From Macrostomum lignano (lineage: Eukaryota): a stretch of 64,000 bases of DNA. The DNA is taken from contig NIVC01000604.1 of assembly GCA_002269645.1 (NCBI GenBank), positions 62,001 to 126,000 of the forward strand. The letters are read 5' to 3'. The translations under genes and the position numbers were made by a program. Of the stretch, positions 36,863 to 51,961 are shown one piece after another (within the stretch, counting starts at the first letter, position 1; the number at the start of each line of letters is the position of its first letter). The notes beneath the pieces are model-generated. The model made no database searches. It saw only the letters and a program-made list of their open reading frames with translations, and was not told the DNA's origin.

Positions 36863-37597
36863 ATGGCGGAGCGACCCGCCTCGCTGCCCCCTTTTTTATC
36901 GCCTTGTACTCATACTGGTTTTACGCGCTGTACATACGTGCTGACTAGCACCCCCAACCCCCGGTGTGCATGTGCTTTACGAGCGTATTTATATGTTGCT
37001 CAGCTCAGCGCGAAAGGGCGCTGCTGCCGCTCAAAAGAAGGCTCATGTGAGAACACGGTGGTGCACAGCCGCTCAGGTGATTTGGTTTTCAAGGGTAACA
37101 AGGCTGTTAGCCCTGAAAACGTCAGTCTGGCGCAATGGATTGTTGGTAACGCCAAGGTGCTGGACAATATGCTAAGCAGAGGACAGCTGGTGCAAACTGG
37201 TGCTAGCTGATGGACAGCCTGACGTGTCAGAACTGCGGCAGTACCTGAAGTACAATGTCCAGATTGGTGAGCTGGCAGAGGCCGGTTTTGGAACGGCCAA
37301 GATCATGCGCTTTGATGAAAGCTACCGCATCAGCACAGCAGCAACCTGCCGTGGGCCACCGAGTCCTTCCAGCTGCTAGCCAGGCACCTGCTAGCTCCAG
37401 ACAGCGTCAGCGACAATCGCAATCGCCCACAAAGGTCCAAGACTTCGCAATATCCAGCGAATCGACCCATCTGCAACAATTTCAACGCCAACAAATGCTT
37501 CCGCAAGGCCTGCCATTTCCAACATATCTGCTGAGTCTGCAAGGGCAACCACCCGGCCTGTACGCACGAGTCGGGTGCAGAAGCTTCAAAAAACTGA
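36863..37597 (+). pseudogene. Gag-like ORF1 with two frameshifts and a nonsense codon; C-terminal Cys/His knuckle
   Basis: Across frames: LAQWIVGNAKVL ... RQYLKYNVQIGELA ... RFDESYR ... LPWATESFQLL ... ICNNFNANKCFRKACHFQHIC*VCKGNHPACTHE ... KN*. TGA at 37532-37534. Confidence 0.75.
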
Positions 37598-37686
37598 GTA
37601 CGGGGGCCAGCCATCGAGCTCCTCGCAAGGAGACCGTCGGCGAGCTGGTCCAGCCTCAAATTTTTAGTCTTTTAAACCTTCAAGCA

Positions 37687-39198
37687 ATGTCCGAAGCCTC
37701 GCTTTCATGCTCCGGGCTGCACAATAAGTTATCTGTATGGGAGGAAGAGCTACAGTCGGATCCCGACGCCGAGTTCATCTTGAACGGCATCAGAAAAGGT
37801 TTCGAAATCACCAACCAGAGCAATATCCTCGCAGCTAGCGAAGAAAACCACAGATCTGCCACTTGTCCTGAGAATCGTGAGCAAGTTGAGAAGCTGATCC
37901 TGGAGGAACTGAAGAACAACAGGTACATGTTAGTGAAGGATAAATCGCTCATCGTCAGCCCCCTGGGAGCGGTGGCCAAGTCTTCTGGAGGTCTCCGGCT
38001 GATCCACGACGCCAGTCTGCCTCGCGGCCGGAGCATCAATGAGTACTTTAAGCAGGACAAGAAGCTTCGCTTTTCGACTGTCAACGCATTTACCAAGAAG
38101 CTGAAGCCGGGTTGGTTTATGGCTAAAATCGATCCGGCCAAAGCCTACCGCTCCTGTCCCGTCAGCTCTACAGCCTACTCCATCACAGGACTCCGGTGGA
38201 TCTTCAGCGGCGAGAGTGAGCCCAGGTACCTCGTTGACACCTGCCTCGGCTTCGGGTTCGCCGCTAGCGTCAACATTTTCCACCGGTTGTCGGAAGCCGT
38301 CAAGCGTATGATGGTTCGGCGAGGGTACTACGTCATCTGCAACTACCTCGATGACTTTGCCGTTGCCGCGAGCACGCTGGAAGCCTGCCAGGAAGCCAAT
38401 AGCACTCTTCTGAGTCTGCTGCGCCGCCTGGGTTTTTCAATCAACTGGGAGAAGCTATCTCCACCCAGCAAGTCTATGGTTTTTCTCGGCATCCACATTG
38501 ATACGGCTGAAGGCCGCCTGACTCTCCCGCAGGAGAAACTCGAATCTTTGCAGAGCCTGCTGGACGCCGCAGCTGCCAGCAAGCGACTCAGCAAAAAGCA
38601 ACTGCAGAAGCTCTGCGGAAAAATCGGTTGGTTCTGCGAGGTCGCCCGCGCTGGTAGATCGTTACTTCGGGGCCTCATCAACCTGACCAACAGCCTGGAC
38701 TTGCCTCACCACAAGATGCGCATCGAAGGTCAACTTGGTGAGCAGCTGCGTTTCTGGCGATCAGCAACGAACTGGATGCATGGAATCGAACTGTGGCCGG
38801 CCTTCGCGAACCGGCTGGTGGTTGAGACGGACGCCTGCCTATCAGGTGGCGCAGCAGTCATTTCTGACGGAACAAGGACCAACTGGATGTATGTCAACTG
38901 GTTGGCTGACTTTAGTGGTGCACTGCATGGACTGCACATCAACTACCTGGAGTGTGTTTTGCCTCTGCTTTTTATTATCCTTTTCAAGGAGCGCCTAGCT
39001 AACTGCCACATCGTTTTTTACACCGACAACTCGTCTGTGGCTGGGATGCTGCGCAAGGGCTCTGCCAAGCCCCCGGTGGTTCAGGCGCTGATGCGCACGG
39101 CTATTTTACTCGCGCTGAAGCACCGCATTCACTTCCAGGTGTTTCATGTCCCTGGCCGGTTTCAAATTTTTAGTGACCCAGCTTCGCCTGAGCCATAA
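37687..39198 (+). CDS. Reverse transcriptase-RNase H of the YR retroelement (within ORF 37255-39198)
   Basis: GAVAKSSGGLRLIHDAS, KIDPAKAYR, LGFGFAAS, YLDDF; RNase H motifs TDAC, INYLEC, YTDN, HVPG. Confidence 0.93.
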   Translation: MSEASLSCSGLHNKLSVWEEELQSDPDAEFILNGIRKGFEITNQSNILAASEENHRSATCPENREQVEKLILEELKNNRYMLVKDKSLIVSPLGAVAKSSGGLRLIHDASLPRGRSINEYFKQDKKLRFSTVNAFTKKLKPGWFMAKIDPAKAYRSCPVSSTAYSITGLRWIFSGESEPRYLVDTCLGFGFAASVNIFHRLSEAVKRMMVRRGYYVICNYLDDFAVAASTLEACQEANSTLLSLLRRLGFSINWEKLSPPSKSMVFLGIHIDTAEGRLTLPQEKLESLQSLLDAAAASKRLSKKQLQKLCGKIGWFCEVARAGRSLLRGLINLTNSLDLPHHKMRIEGQLGEQLRFWRSATNWMHGIELWPAFANRLVVETDACLSGGAAVISDGTRTNWMYVNWLADFSGALHGLHINYLECVLPLLFIILFKERLANCHIVFYTDNSSVAGMLRKGSAKPPVVQALMRTAILLALKHRIHFQVFHVPGRFQIFSDPASPEP

Positions 39199-39333
39199 GC
39201 ATGGCCTGATCAACTTTTTATTTCGTTACTATGGAACTATCTACATTGACCCATTTGTCATCGCATCGCACGCCCTGTCTGCTGCTTCCTATCAATCTCT
39301 CCTCTCACAGGTTCAGCAGCTGCAGCGGAGCCC

Positions 39334-40479
39334 CTGAGGACGGAACGAGACCGGCTGCTCAACCAAGCCCTGGCACCGAATACAAGACGAGCCCTCCGGT
39401 CCCAGCTGATGTGTTGGGAGCGCTTCTGCAGCGAGATCAGCGTGCACCCTCTAGAGGCCGACGGACCGACGGTGTCACTCTACGTCTCCCACCTACACCT
39501 CAAGCATCTGACCGCATTTGCCAGCTACTCCACCTACCTGCACGCGGTGTCGTGGCTCTACAAGCTGGCTGGGAGGGCCGACCCGACTGCTCACCCCCTA
39601 GTGCGACTCGCCCTCCAAGGCGTCAAACGGCAGCGGGGCGCCCATGCGAGACAGAAAGTCGGCTTAACACCCGCCATGCTGCAGCAGCTCAAGTCACACA
39701 TCGACACGACATCCTGCCGCGGCGCGGCCTTCTGGTGCTGTCTGCTGGTCGGGTTCTGGGGATTGCTGCGTGCGGACAATCTGTGCCTCCCCTCTGCGTC
39801 AGCCGCTCGGAGCCCGCAGTTGTCAGCCGGAGCGGTGCGGCTGAACGACCTGCAGCTGCGCGACAACGGCATCGAACTGCGGGTCCGGCGCAGCAAGACA
39901 ATCCAGTTCGCTGAGCGGCAGCACCTGGTCTGGCTGCCACGACTGCCTGCTGCGAACGGGTCTCCTCATCCGCTTTGCCCGTTCTGCGCGGTCCTCGTCC
40001 ACCTCAAGCGCAACAATATCGCCGGAAACGGACCCGACTCACTCCTGTTTGCTTTTCGAGCGAGCTAACGACTGGTCCCGGTGTGTCGACCGCAGTTTTC
40101 CAAACAGCTGTTCAAAGCGGCGGCAGCGGCCGGCCTCGACCCGACGGCAATCTCCGGGCATTCATTGAGCAGAGGCGGGGCGACCTTCTTCGCCAGCTCA
40201 GGCGCGTCTGTGCACGAAGGGATGGCCTTGGGTGACTGGCGAAGCGACTCCGTGTTCCGCTACATTGAATCTGATGTCGAGGCTCGCCGGCGCGCGGTGG
40301 AAGCAGCGTCAGCCCACATCGTCAGCCGCCCCCGTCCTCTCGCCGCTCCTAACTCTTCTCTTTTGGCCTTGGGCCTGCCTCGCCTCGATCGCCACTTGCC
40401 CCGTCTCCGCCTCGTCACTCCGGACATTAAACACTCTTTGTGTTGCGTCATGTTCGTTTTGACAGGGAATAGCTTTTGA
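39334..40479 (+). pseudogene. Tyrosine recombinase (ORF3) with an in-frame TAA at 40066-40068
   Basis: ALAPNTRR N-terminal helix, FWGLLRADNL (catalytic R), RRSKTIQF, HPLCP, GHSLSRGGAT (HxxR Arg replaced by Ser), GDWRSDSVFRY (catalytic Y). Confidence 0.9.
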
Positions 40480-41837
40480 AATAAAAGCTAACCTGTAATT
40501 ATCATGATTTAGCTTTACTATTAATACATAAAATACGTTGTTCCGATCCTTGAAAAATCATTTTTCCTATCTTGTATTAATGCTTTATTTTTTCAGTCCA
40601 TACTGATACTGATCCACCAAATCCACCATGAGCGGTCAAAAAATTGAACCGGAAGCGGATGATTGTGAACTCAACAAAAAGTAATGTGAGCTTAAATTTT
40701 TAAAAAGCCTCCTGATGTGATTGATTGAGACACTTAAATAGTTTCTCCAACACGTGGGCTTACATGTATACTTTTGGTTTTTGAGCAGAAAATGAATTAA
40801 GCCTGCGCATGTGGCTGGTATAGGGTTTATCGGGACGCTCATTTACTGGTACATGATTTTTGTCAGTGTTTTTTGCGTTTACCCACGCATTTACTTAATA
40901 AAAAACTCTTTTCATATACATGAATATATCTGTGCTTGTGCTACTAATGTTAGGCAAGGTTAGTCAAAAATTACAAGTTGAAGCAGAAGTTAAGCTAAGC
41001 AATTCACATTTTGCTTTAAACTAATTTAAACTAATTTAAAGCAAATCATAAAGGTCTGTTACAATAGGGACTCATTTTTTAGTTTAACGTTATCTTTTCA
41101 TGAACATCTTAATATAAAATTTTTAAATAAAATATTAGCTCATAACTCCTTAAAAACTCTTTAAAAACAAGTTAATAAAAATAAATTACAAGCGGCTAAA
41201 ATTTTTACCTTACCTTTTAGTGCATTCCGAAAGCTTAGAATTGACATTCAGACACTTTACGAACCTCTAAGGCACTTAAATATACTTTTAAAACCTATAG
41301 GTACTTTTAGGCAGTCCTTTAAAGTATTTCAGTCTCTTAGGCACTTAGCCGCTGAAATTTGCATGTACATGTAAAACTGCACGTTCGTACAGTCATATCC
41401 CTACTCAACTCTGATAATCACTTGCATTCACCGAAGATCACCAAAGTCTTGCAGGGAGCATGAGAATCGCCCTCATTAGATTTGCCCGCGAGCAATTCTC
41501 ATTGACCCATATTTACAGAAATGTTTTTTCAGCAAACTCTACTCAAAGTAGGCCATTAAAAACCTGAGCTTAGCTTTTACTACGAAGTTCTTTGCAGTAA
41601 GTAATTAATTAGTAAGTAAGTAATTAACTTTTACTACGAAGCTTTTTGCAGAACCCGCTCGTTCAGGAATTCTTAACCTGCAGTTGCAGCAAGAGGATAA
41701 AGCAGTGCCGTTTACCAATATTGATATAATTGACCTGCCTGAAAAAGACAAATATATTCAATATGGGGCAAAACAGATGCGTCAACAAAAGGGCATTTGC
41801 TCTAAAGAAATATAAGGTTAATTAGTCCAGCTAATTG

Positions 41838-41873
<36 letters not shown>

Positions 41874-41875
<2 letters not shown>

Positions 41876-42602
41876 GCGAAATGAAACCACGCACACAGTT
41901 GAAGCAAATTCACAATTTCTTTAATTCTAAGAAAAAAAACAAATTTTCGACCCGAACAGGGTCTTCTTCAGGGTATATTGTGAATAAAAAACTGTGAAAA
42001 TGGGCAAATTAAAACAGAGTTGAGTATTTATAGTGAGTATAGAAAGACGCGAGTAAAATAAAATGATCAAAATGGTTTGGCGGGAACGTTGCAACGCGTG
42101 TGTACATCTGTACATCTAGTGCTCATCAGAAAAGAGGTTTGAGTTTCGGCACTGACCATTAGTTACGGCAGGCAGATTGGATGGACATAGAATGTCCTTT
42201 AATGAGCGTGAGCGAGAATAGGCAGCCACCGTATCCAGCTCTGCAGTGTGGTTCGAAATGGCCGTGCGAATTTGATGAACAACTCGCCCAGAGTGGTCCA
42301 TGAAAGGGATCACTATTGGGATGCAGGCGTCTTTTTCAGTGATGACGGTGTTTATGCCTGCTGGAGTCTGGGTCTGTAGTAAAGCGATGAGCTTCTGCTC
42401 CATATTCCTCCGCCTGCGTTGAGCGCCCTCTTTAGTGGCCAGGCACTCAGTACTGAGGTACCACAGACCCATAAAGCGGAGGTCCTGAATATTGTGGTTT
42501 GGTAAACGAAAGTGCCTGGAGATTGGGGTGTCCTTAGCCAGTCTGATGTCGCTCAGATGAGCCTGAAGTCTGACTTTAAGAGCGCCTCCAGTCTCACCTA
42601 CG
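41874..42602 (-). mobile_element. 5'-truncated Penelope-like element fragment (GIY-YIG endonuclease C-terminal part) between two (GATA)n tracts
   Basis: YVGETGGALKVRLQAH, PISRHF, H, EQKLIALLQTQTPAGIN are typical PLE GIY-YIG motifs. The ORF ends at 42116. Flanked by (GATA)n at 41840-41873 and 42603-43082. Confidence 0.85.
41911..41982 (-). ncRNA. Hammerhead-ribozyme-like motif (type I, probably degenerate) in the PLE 3' region
   Basis: Minus strand reads CACAAT ATACC CTGAAGA A GACCC tgttc GGGTC GAA AATT ... AATT A AAGAA ATTGTG. Core and stem II are intact; core-proximal stem I is unpaired. Confidence 0.5.
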
Positions 42603-43082
<480 letters not shown>

Positions 43083-43654
43083 GAGCACTCCCGTTCCGCT
43101 GCACTGTTGGCCCGGTGAGTAATTGTTTTAATCTGGGTTTTTGACAAGAAGTCAGGCAATCGACAGGTTCAAACCAGGCCATAATTGTCCTCTCAGAGAG
43201 GTAAGTAGGTGAGCACTTTCTGCGGAATTAATGATGAAGCCGCTGCATCACGCGTTAACTGCATCAGCCCGCAGCCAGTTGGCATCGGGGTGCCTAATTG
43301 CGTTGTCGGGTTCTCCTTTATTTCTGAAGCATGCAAAAAAACTCATTTAAGAAGATTAAAACAGCTCTCTATGCTATTCTTTTATAATTTATAAGAATGA
43401 TGAAATTAAATCGTTTCGGATTTAGCCTGGGCTTAAAATATTTGAATGCGCGCTGCGCCGCCTCTCGAGCACAGTTCCGATGCACGCCACGATGACGCGC
43501 GTCTTTCTTTGAGTTCATCCCACCCGTATTTTTAAGTCAGTCATTCTGACAGAAAATGACTGCCCGATCGGATTAGCGCCAGCAACTGGCATCAATCAGG
43601 GATAGGGGCCGCCCCAAGTTTTGCATTAACTGAATAGGCACCGCCCTATCCAGT

Positions 43655-43676
43655 GGGAGTCACGTGATTCCCCAAT
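43655..43676. promoter_or_regulatory. Palindromic extended E-box (GGGAGTCACGTGATTCCC) next to CCAAT in a CpG-rich island-like segment
   Basis: Motifs read directly; function is inferred and the target is unknown. Confidence 0.3.
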
Positions 43677-44274
43677 CAGATCATTTCCTGTCGATGTGTT
43701 AATTCATTTGCGTCATTCGTTGATGCATAATGCCTTCCGTGGGCCGTAATTACCGGTGAGCTCATTCTAAGACATCCGGGCAGTTTGTTTTGCTCAACTC
43801 GCTGCCGACTTGTCACCTCCGTGTTTTCAGCGCCTCTGTCCTCACTTTGAAATTTCACCTGGAAATCCTCGGCCGGGGGGCTTCGTTTGTTCGCTAAGGC
43901 TCAGAGAGTTCACCAACGACCGAGTAATCTAAAGTCCACCTGTTGTTTTTCATCTTCCTCAGCGGTAAGCTGACTAGCGGTCTCACTCTCTCGGAAAATT
44001 AATTAGAGAAAAATGCCGATTGAAACAAAACGTCTCACTTAACATCTGAGTGATCGCGAGGTGAAACGACTCCAGCTGGATCTGTCCTTGAAGCTATTAC
44101 GAGTATTCCGCTACTGTGGGGCATCCTTTCGCATTTATTGGATTAGCATCATTTTCCGGGTTCGTCGGAGGTCACGAGTTAGAATTGGAGCGTAACGAAA
44201 GGGGAGCGGATTTGGATGGAGCTGGAAAATCGGGTGAAGTGAGCAGAGGTGGAACAGAAAACTGTGTCATAAAA

Positions 44275-44795
44275 GAGAATAGAAGGAGAAGAGAGAGAAG
44301 AGAGAATAGAAGAGACAAAAAAGAGAGAAAGTGGCGAGGAGAGCAGATTGAAGAGAGGAGAGAGGAGAGGACAAGAGAGAGGAGAGATTAGAGGAGAGAG
44401 GAGAGGAAGGAGGAGAGGAGAGAGGAGAGGAAAGAGGAGAGGAGAGAAGAGAGGAGAAGAAAGAGGAGAAATTAGAGGAGAAATTTTCTGGAGAGAGGAG
44501 AGGAGAGTGTAAAAGAGAAGGGAGAGGAGAGATTAGAGGAGAAGGGAGATTAGAGATTAGAGGAGAAAGGAGAGGAGAGAGTAGAGGAAACAGGAGAGAA
44601 GAAAGGAGAGTTGAGGAGAGAGGGTGATACGCTCGTAGAGAGAGAGAAAAAAGAGGAAAGGAGAGAGTAGAGGAGATAGGAGAGAAGAAAGGAGAGTTGA
44701 GGAGAGAGGGTGATACGCTCATAGAGAGAGAGAAAAAAGAGGAAAGGAGAGAGTAGAGGAGATAGGAGAGAAGAGAGGAGAGAGGAGAGGGGAAA
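44275..44795. repeat. GA-rich low-complexity tract
   Basis: Read directly. Confidence 0.88.
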
Positions 44796-45162
44796 TGGCT
44801 TATTGTTTGATGAGAACACATTTGACAGAGAATAATCTTAGTAACAAGCAATGCAGCCTGTAGCGCCCTAATCTACAACCTAAGCATGCATTTCCCTTCC
44901 CCTCGCATATTAGCAGCTCGCAATAAGAGGCACAGCACAGAGACAATGGGCCAAGCAAACCCGCACCCAGCGGAAGCGGATCCCACGCACCTCAGCAACA
45001 CGGGGCAGCCAGGCGCAGTCCTGCGCCTCCAGTTGAACCGCTGCCCGCCCACGCAACAGCATTCCCTTTGCGTGACCGGCCACCCCGCCTCCGCCGCCCT
45101 CCCCCCGGCAGCCAACCCACTCCCCGGCCCGCACTTTAACCGCTGCGCGTCTTGCGCCTGAG

Positions 45163-45617
45163 ATGACTCTCACTCTGACTCCGACTCTGTCTCTGACTCT
45201 CACTCTGACTCTCACTCTCACTCTGACTCTCACTCTCACTCTGACTCTGACTCTGACTCTCACTCTCACTCTGACTCTGACTCTGACTCCTCTGACTCTG
45301 ACTCTGACTCTGACTCTGACTGACTCTGACTCTGACTGACTCTGACTTTGACTCTGACTCTCACTCTGACTCTGACTCTCACTCTCACTCTGACTCTGAC
45401 TGACTCTGACTCTGACTGACTCTGACTCTGACTCTGACTCTGACTCTGACTCTGACTGACTCTGACTCTGACTCTGACTCTGACTGACTCTGACTGACTC
45501 TGACTGACTCTGACTCTGACTCTGACTCTGATTCTGACTGACTCTGACTCTGACTCTGACTCTGACTGACTCTGACTCTGACTCTGATTCTGACTCTGAC
45601 TCTGACTCTGACTCTCA
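45163..45617. repeat. (CTCTGA)n hexamer microsatellite
   Basis: Read directly. Confidence 0.95.
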
Positions 45618-45673
45618 CCAAGCCTCAGCAGGATTTCGATTCGATGGAAATTATTTGTTTCTTAAAAGCAATT

Positions 45674-46306
45674 TGTAATAACTCACACGGACTCCACTGG
45701 TTAAGTAAGTTAGAACTTTACGAGAAAGCTTGAGCGACTGCCAGTTAGCGCACGCGTATTTATATTAAATGGGCACGACGTACATTAGTACACGATACAC
45801 GTACACGCGAGGACGAGCAATCAATGAGGTGCATACTTAAGCAATAACCAACGTGCCCAAGCAACCCTGCGCCCAAGCAACCCCAAATCAGTCCAATGGC
45901 ACTTTGGCACATTCCTCCCCGCATAAGTCAATCATATCCCAGTCGGTCGGGTGCCTTCCGGATTCTCATGGATCGCCGTAGAAGCTCATCGGTTTGGCCG
46001 GCGCCGGAGCAGTCCGCGGGCTGCTGAACTCCAACTGCTGCAGCCAGTGGGCTCGCTGCGCCTTCGTTGCTCAAATCATCGGGCGCGGGTTGCTGCTCCG
46101 GAACGGCCTGCTGAGAGGTCTGTTCTCGGTCTGTGTTTTGAGAAACGCCGGAATTGTCGATGCCACGCATGTGATCGACATAACGGCGGATGAGCTGGCC
46201 GTCAGAAAAAGCGCAAGTAAACCAGCGACCAGCGGCGGCCGGGCTCTCTGCAGCTGACGACCGCCGGCTCCCAGCGCGAGTTCGAACCCGGGCGGAAGTC
46301 ACGGCA
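45674..46306 (-). mobile_element. Gypsy/Ty3 (Mag-like) remnant: integrase C-terminal tail, polypurine tract and 238-bp 3' LTR (45674-45911)
   Basis: Across a frameshift: RDFRPGSNSRWEPAVV ... DGQLIRRYVDHMR ... LRRSMRIRKAPDRLGYD*. Then PPT GCGGGGAGGAA (45912-45922) abutting TGT...ACA, with an internal TATAAATA. Confidence 0.8.
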
Positions 46307-46379
46307 CAATTCTTCTAAGCTATGATTTTGCTTTTATCTGTCCAATATCTTCCACTCCATGTCTGACTTTTCCTGCTTC

Positions 46380-46755
46380 TACTCCTCCCACTCTCCTCTC
46401 CCTCTCTCCTCTCCGTCTCTCCTCTCCCTCTCTCCTCTCCGTCTCTCCTCTCCCTCTCTCCTCTCCCTCTGTCCTCTCCCTCTCTCTCTCCCACTCTCAT
46501 CTCCCTCTCTCCTCTCCCTCTCTCCTCTCCGTCTCTCCTCTCCCTCTCTCCTCTCCCTCTGTCCTCTCCCTCTGTCCTCTCCCTCTCTCTCTCCCACTCT
46601 CATCTCCCTCTATCCTCTCCCTCTCTCCTCTCCCTCTGTCCTCTCCCTCTGTCCTCTCCCTCTCTCTCTCCCACTCTCATCTCCCTCTATCCTCTCCCTC
46701 TCTCCTCTCCGTCTCTCCTCTCCCTCTCTCCTCTCCCTCTCTACCTCTTCTCCCC
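46380..46755. repeat. CT-rich low-complexity array
   Basis: Read directly. Confidence 0.88.
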
Positions 46756-46952
46756 ATTGTTTCATTGTTCATTCCTCACTCTCCTCCCACTGCATTCTCA
46801 TTTCCAGCCCACACACCGCTTGACAACAAGACAGCTCGTATCTGTCTAAATAAGGTGGTCTAACAAAAAATTCTTTTGAATTGTCGCGTGGCAATCAGGG
46901 GGATTCCATTCAAACTGGTGAGCTTCAGGCAAGGAAAGAAATTTTCAGTGTT

Positions 46953-47189
46953 CTATTTTTAGATCCCAGCGAGGATAGAAGGAGTTTCGGCCAGCTGATT
47001 GGTCGGCGGCGCGTTCCCGCTGCTGTTTGCTGGTGGGGCAGAGACTCAAGAGTGCACTGCGGATCGGGACGGGGCAGGGCTGGGATTGCCCGCCTACTAA
47101 ACAGCGTTCCCGGCAGAGGGAAGAGTGGTCTCGGGGCAGCCACCCCATCTGAGGCCATATTTGGCGGTGCCGGCAATCATTCATAAAAG
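46953..47189 (+). promoter_or_regulatory. Candidate EGR promoter: MEF2 site CTATTTTTAG (46953-46962), inverted CCAAT (46998-47002), CArG box CCATATTTGG (47155-47164), TATA-like CATAAAAG (47182-47189)
   Basis: Exact consensus matches to YTA(W)4TAR and CC(W)6GG within about 330 nt of the ATG at 47283. Confidence 0.6.
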
Positions 47190-47282
47190 TGCTCCGCTCT
47201 CGTTGGCACTCGGCGCTGCCAGCTCCAGTTGGATTCGAGCAGCATTTTTTCCCGGGGTTCGCTTCGCGCTGAACGAGCTCAA

Positions 47283-50731
<3,449 letters not shown>

Positions 50732-50754
50732 CTGTGACTGGCGGGGACAGGTGG

Positions 50755-51222
50755 GCTCGTTCGACAAGTGAGATAGCGACAGGTTGGGGGGATTGACAGG
50801 TGAGATAGCGACAGGTTGGGGGATTGACAGGTGAGATAGTGACAGGTTGGGGGGTTGACAGGTGAGATAGTGACAGGTTGGGGGGGGGGGGTTGACAGGT
50901 GAGATAGTGACAGGTTGGGGGGGTTTACAGGTGAGATAGTGACAGGTTGGGGGGATTGACGGGTGAGATAGTGACAGGTTGGGGGATTGACAGGTGAGAT
51001 AGTGGCAGGTTGGGGGGGGGTTGACAGGTGAGATAGTGACAGGTTGGGGGGGGGTTTACAGGTGAGATAGTGACAGGTTGGGGGGGGTTGACAGGTGAGA
51101 TAGTGACAGGTTGGGGGGGGTTTACAGGTGAGATAGTGACAGGTTGGGGGGATTGACGGGTGAGATAGTGACAGGTTGGGGGGATTGACAGGTGAGATAG
51201 TGACAGTTTTTAGTGACAGGTG
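50755..51222. repeat. About 30-bp G-run minisatellite GACAGGTGAGATAGTGACAGGTTGGGGGGNTT just after the EGR stop
   Basis: Read directly; G-run length varies between copies. Confidence 0.93.
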
Positions 51223-51961
51223 AAAGTTACAGGTGTTATTATATACGCGTCAGTTAAAGAGTATTTCTGACTAACATGCCCTTGGTTAAGAAATCAGGTT
51301 TCAGATTTTATGTATGTTAGTTTTGTTTCAGATAAATAATATTTCAGCAACTAATATGAAATTATTGTCATGGGCTTTTCCCATTCCGAACCAAGTTCTG
51401 TATCGGTGTGCTACAACATTTTTGCTTAAAATATTTCTACTCTGTGACCCTAGAGCGGCTTCTCACTCTGTTTATCGCTAATAGAAAACCTGTGTGTTGT
51501 ATTTGAGCTTTAAGGCTTTTAATTTGTACTTTTTAAACAGGCGAACAAATTTCAATGTGCATTTTGTCACGTGTTTTGTGCTAAAATTTCTGTGCCGCTC
51601 CCACCCTCAGTGCTGAGGCCCAATGCAGACAGAGAGGCCATCTTTATTGCATATTTTCCAGCTCAGCCAAGGCTCATCCGCTACTTGCATTGGTGAGGAT
51701 CGCACAGCACTGCATTCCATGACAGCCCAGTGCCAAGGCCGGCCCCCTCCCCCATTGTGTCATTTGTCAGATCAGATTTGAGAATTTCGCACCTCTGTGT
51801 GTATTGAAGATTTTTCCTCATTAATTATTACTGTTTTGCGCTGTCACCCTTTGGCCCATTCTGTGTAACCTGTACGCTATGTGTTTGCACTTCAAATAAA
51901 ACTGGGTATTCCAACTGGACCTGCGCTTGCAGATCAGAGATTTCCCAGCAAAAATCGCCAC

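Larger units (their letters stand above)
36785..40490 (+). mobile_element. Defective tyrosine-recombinase retrotransposon (Ngaro/DIRS-like): gag, RT-RNaseH, YR; boundaries approximate
   Basis: Gag-like, RT/RNase H and tyrosine recombinase coding regions lie in that order with no methyltransferase ORF seen. AATAAA near 40480; AT-rich flanks. Confidence 0.9.

Noticed and set aside
42085-42129. Second hammerhead candidate (CTGATGAG ... ACGCGT on the minus strand)
   Set aside because: The GAAA core strand and a closing stem II are missing.
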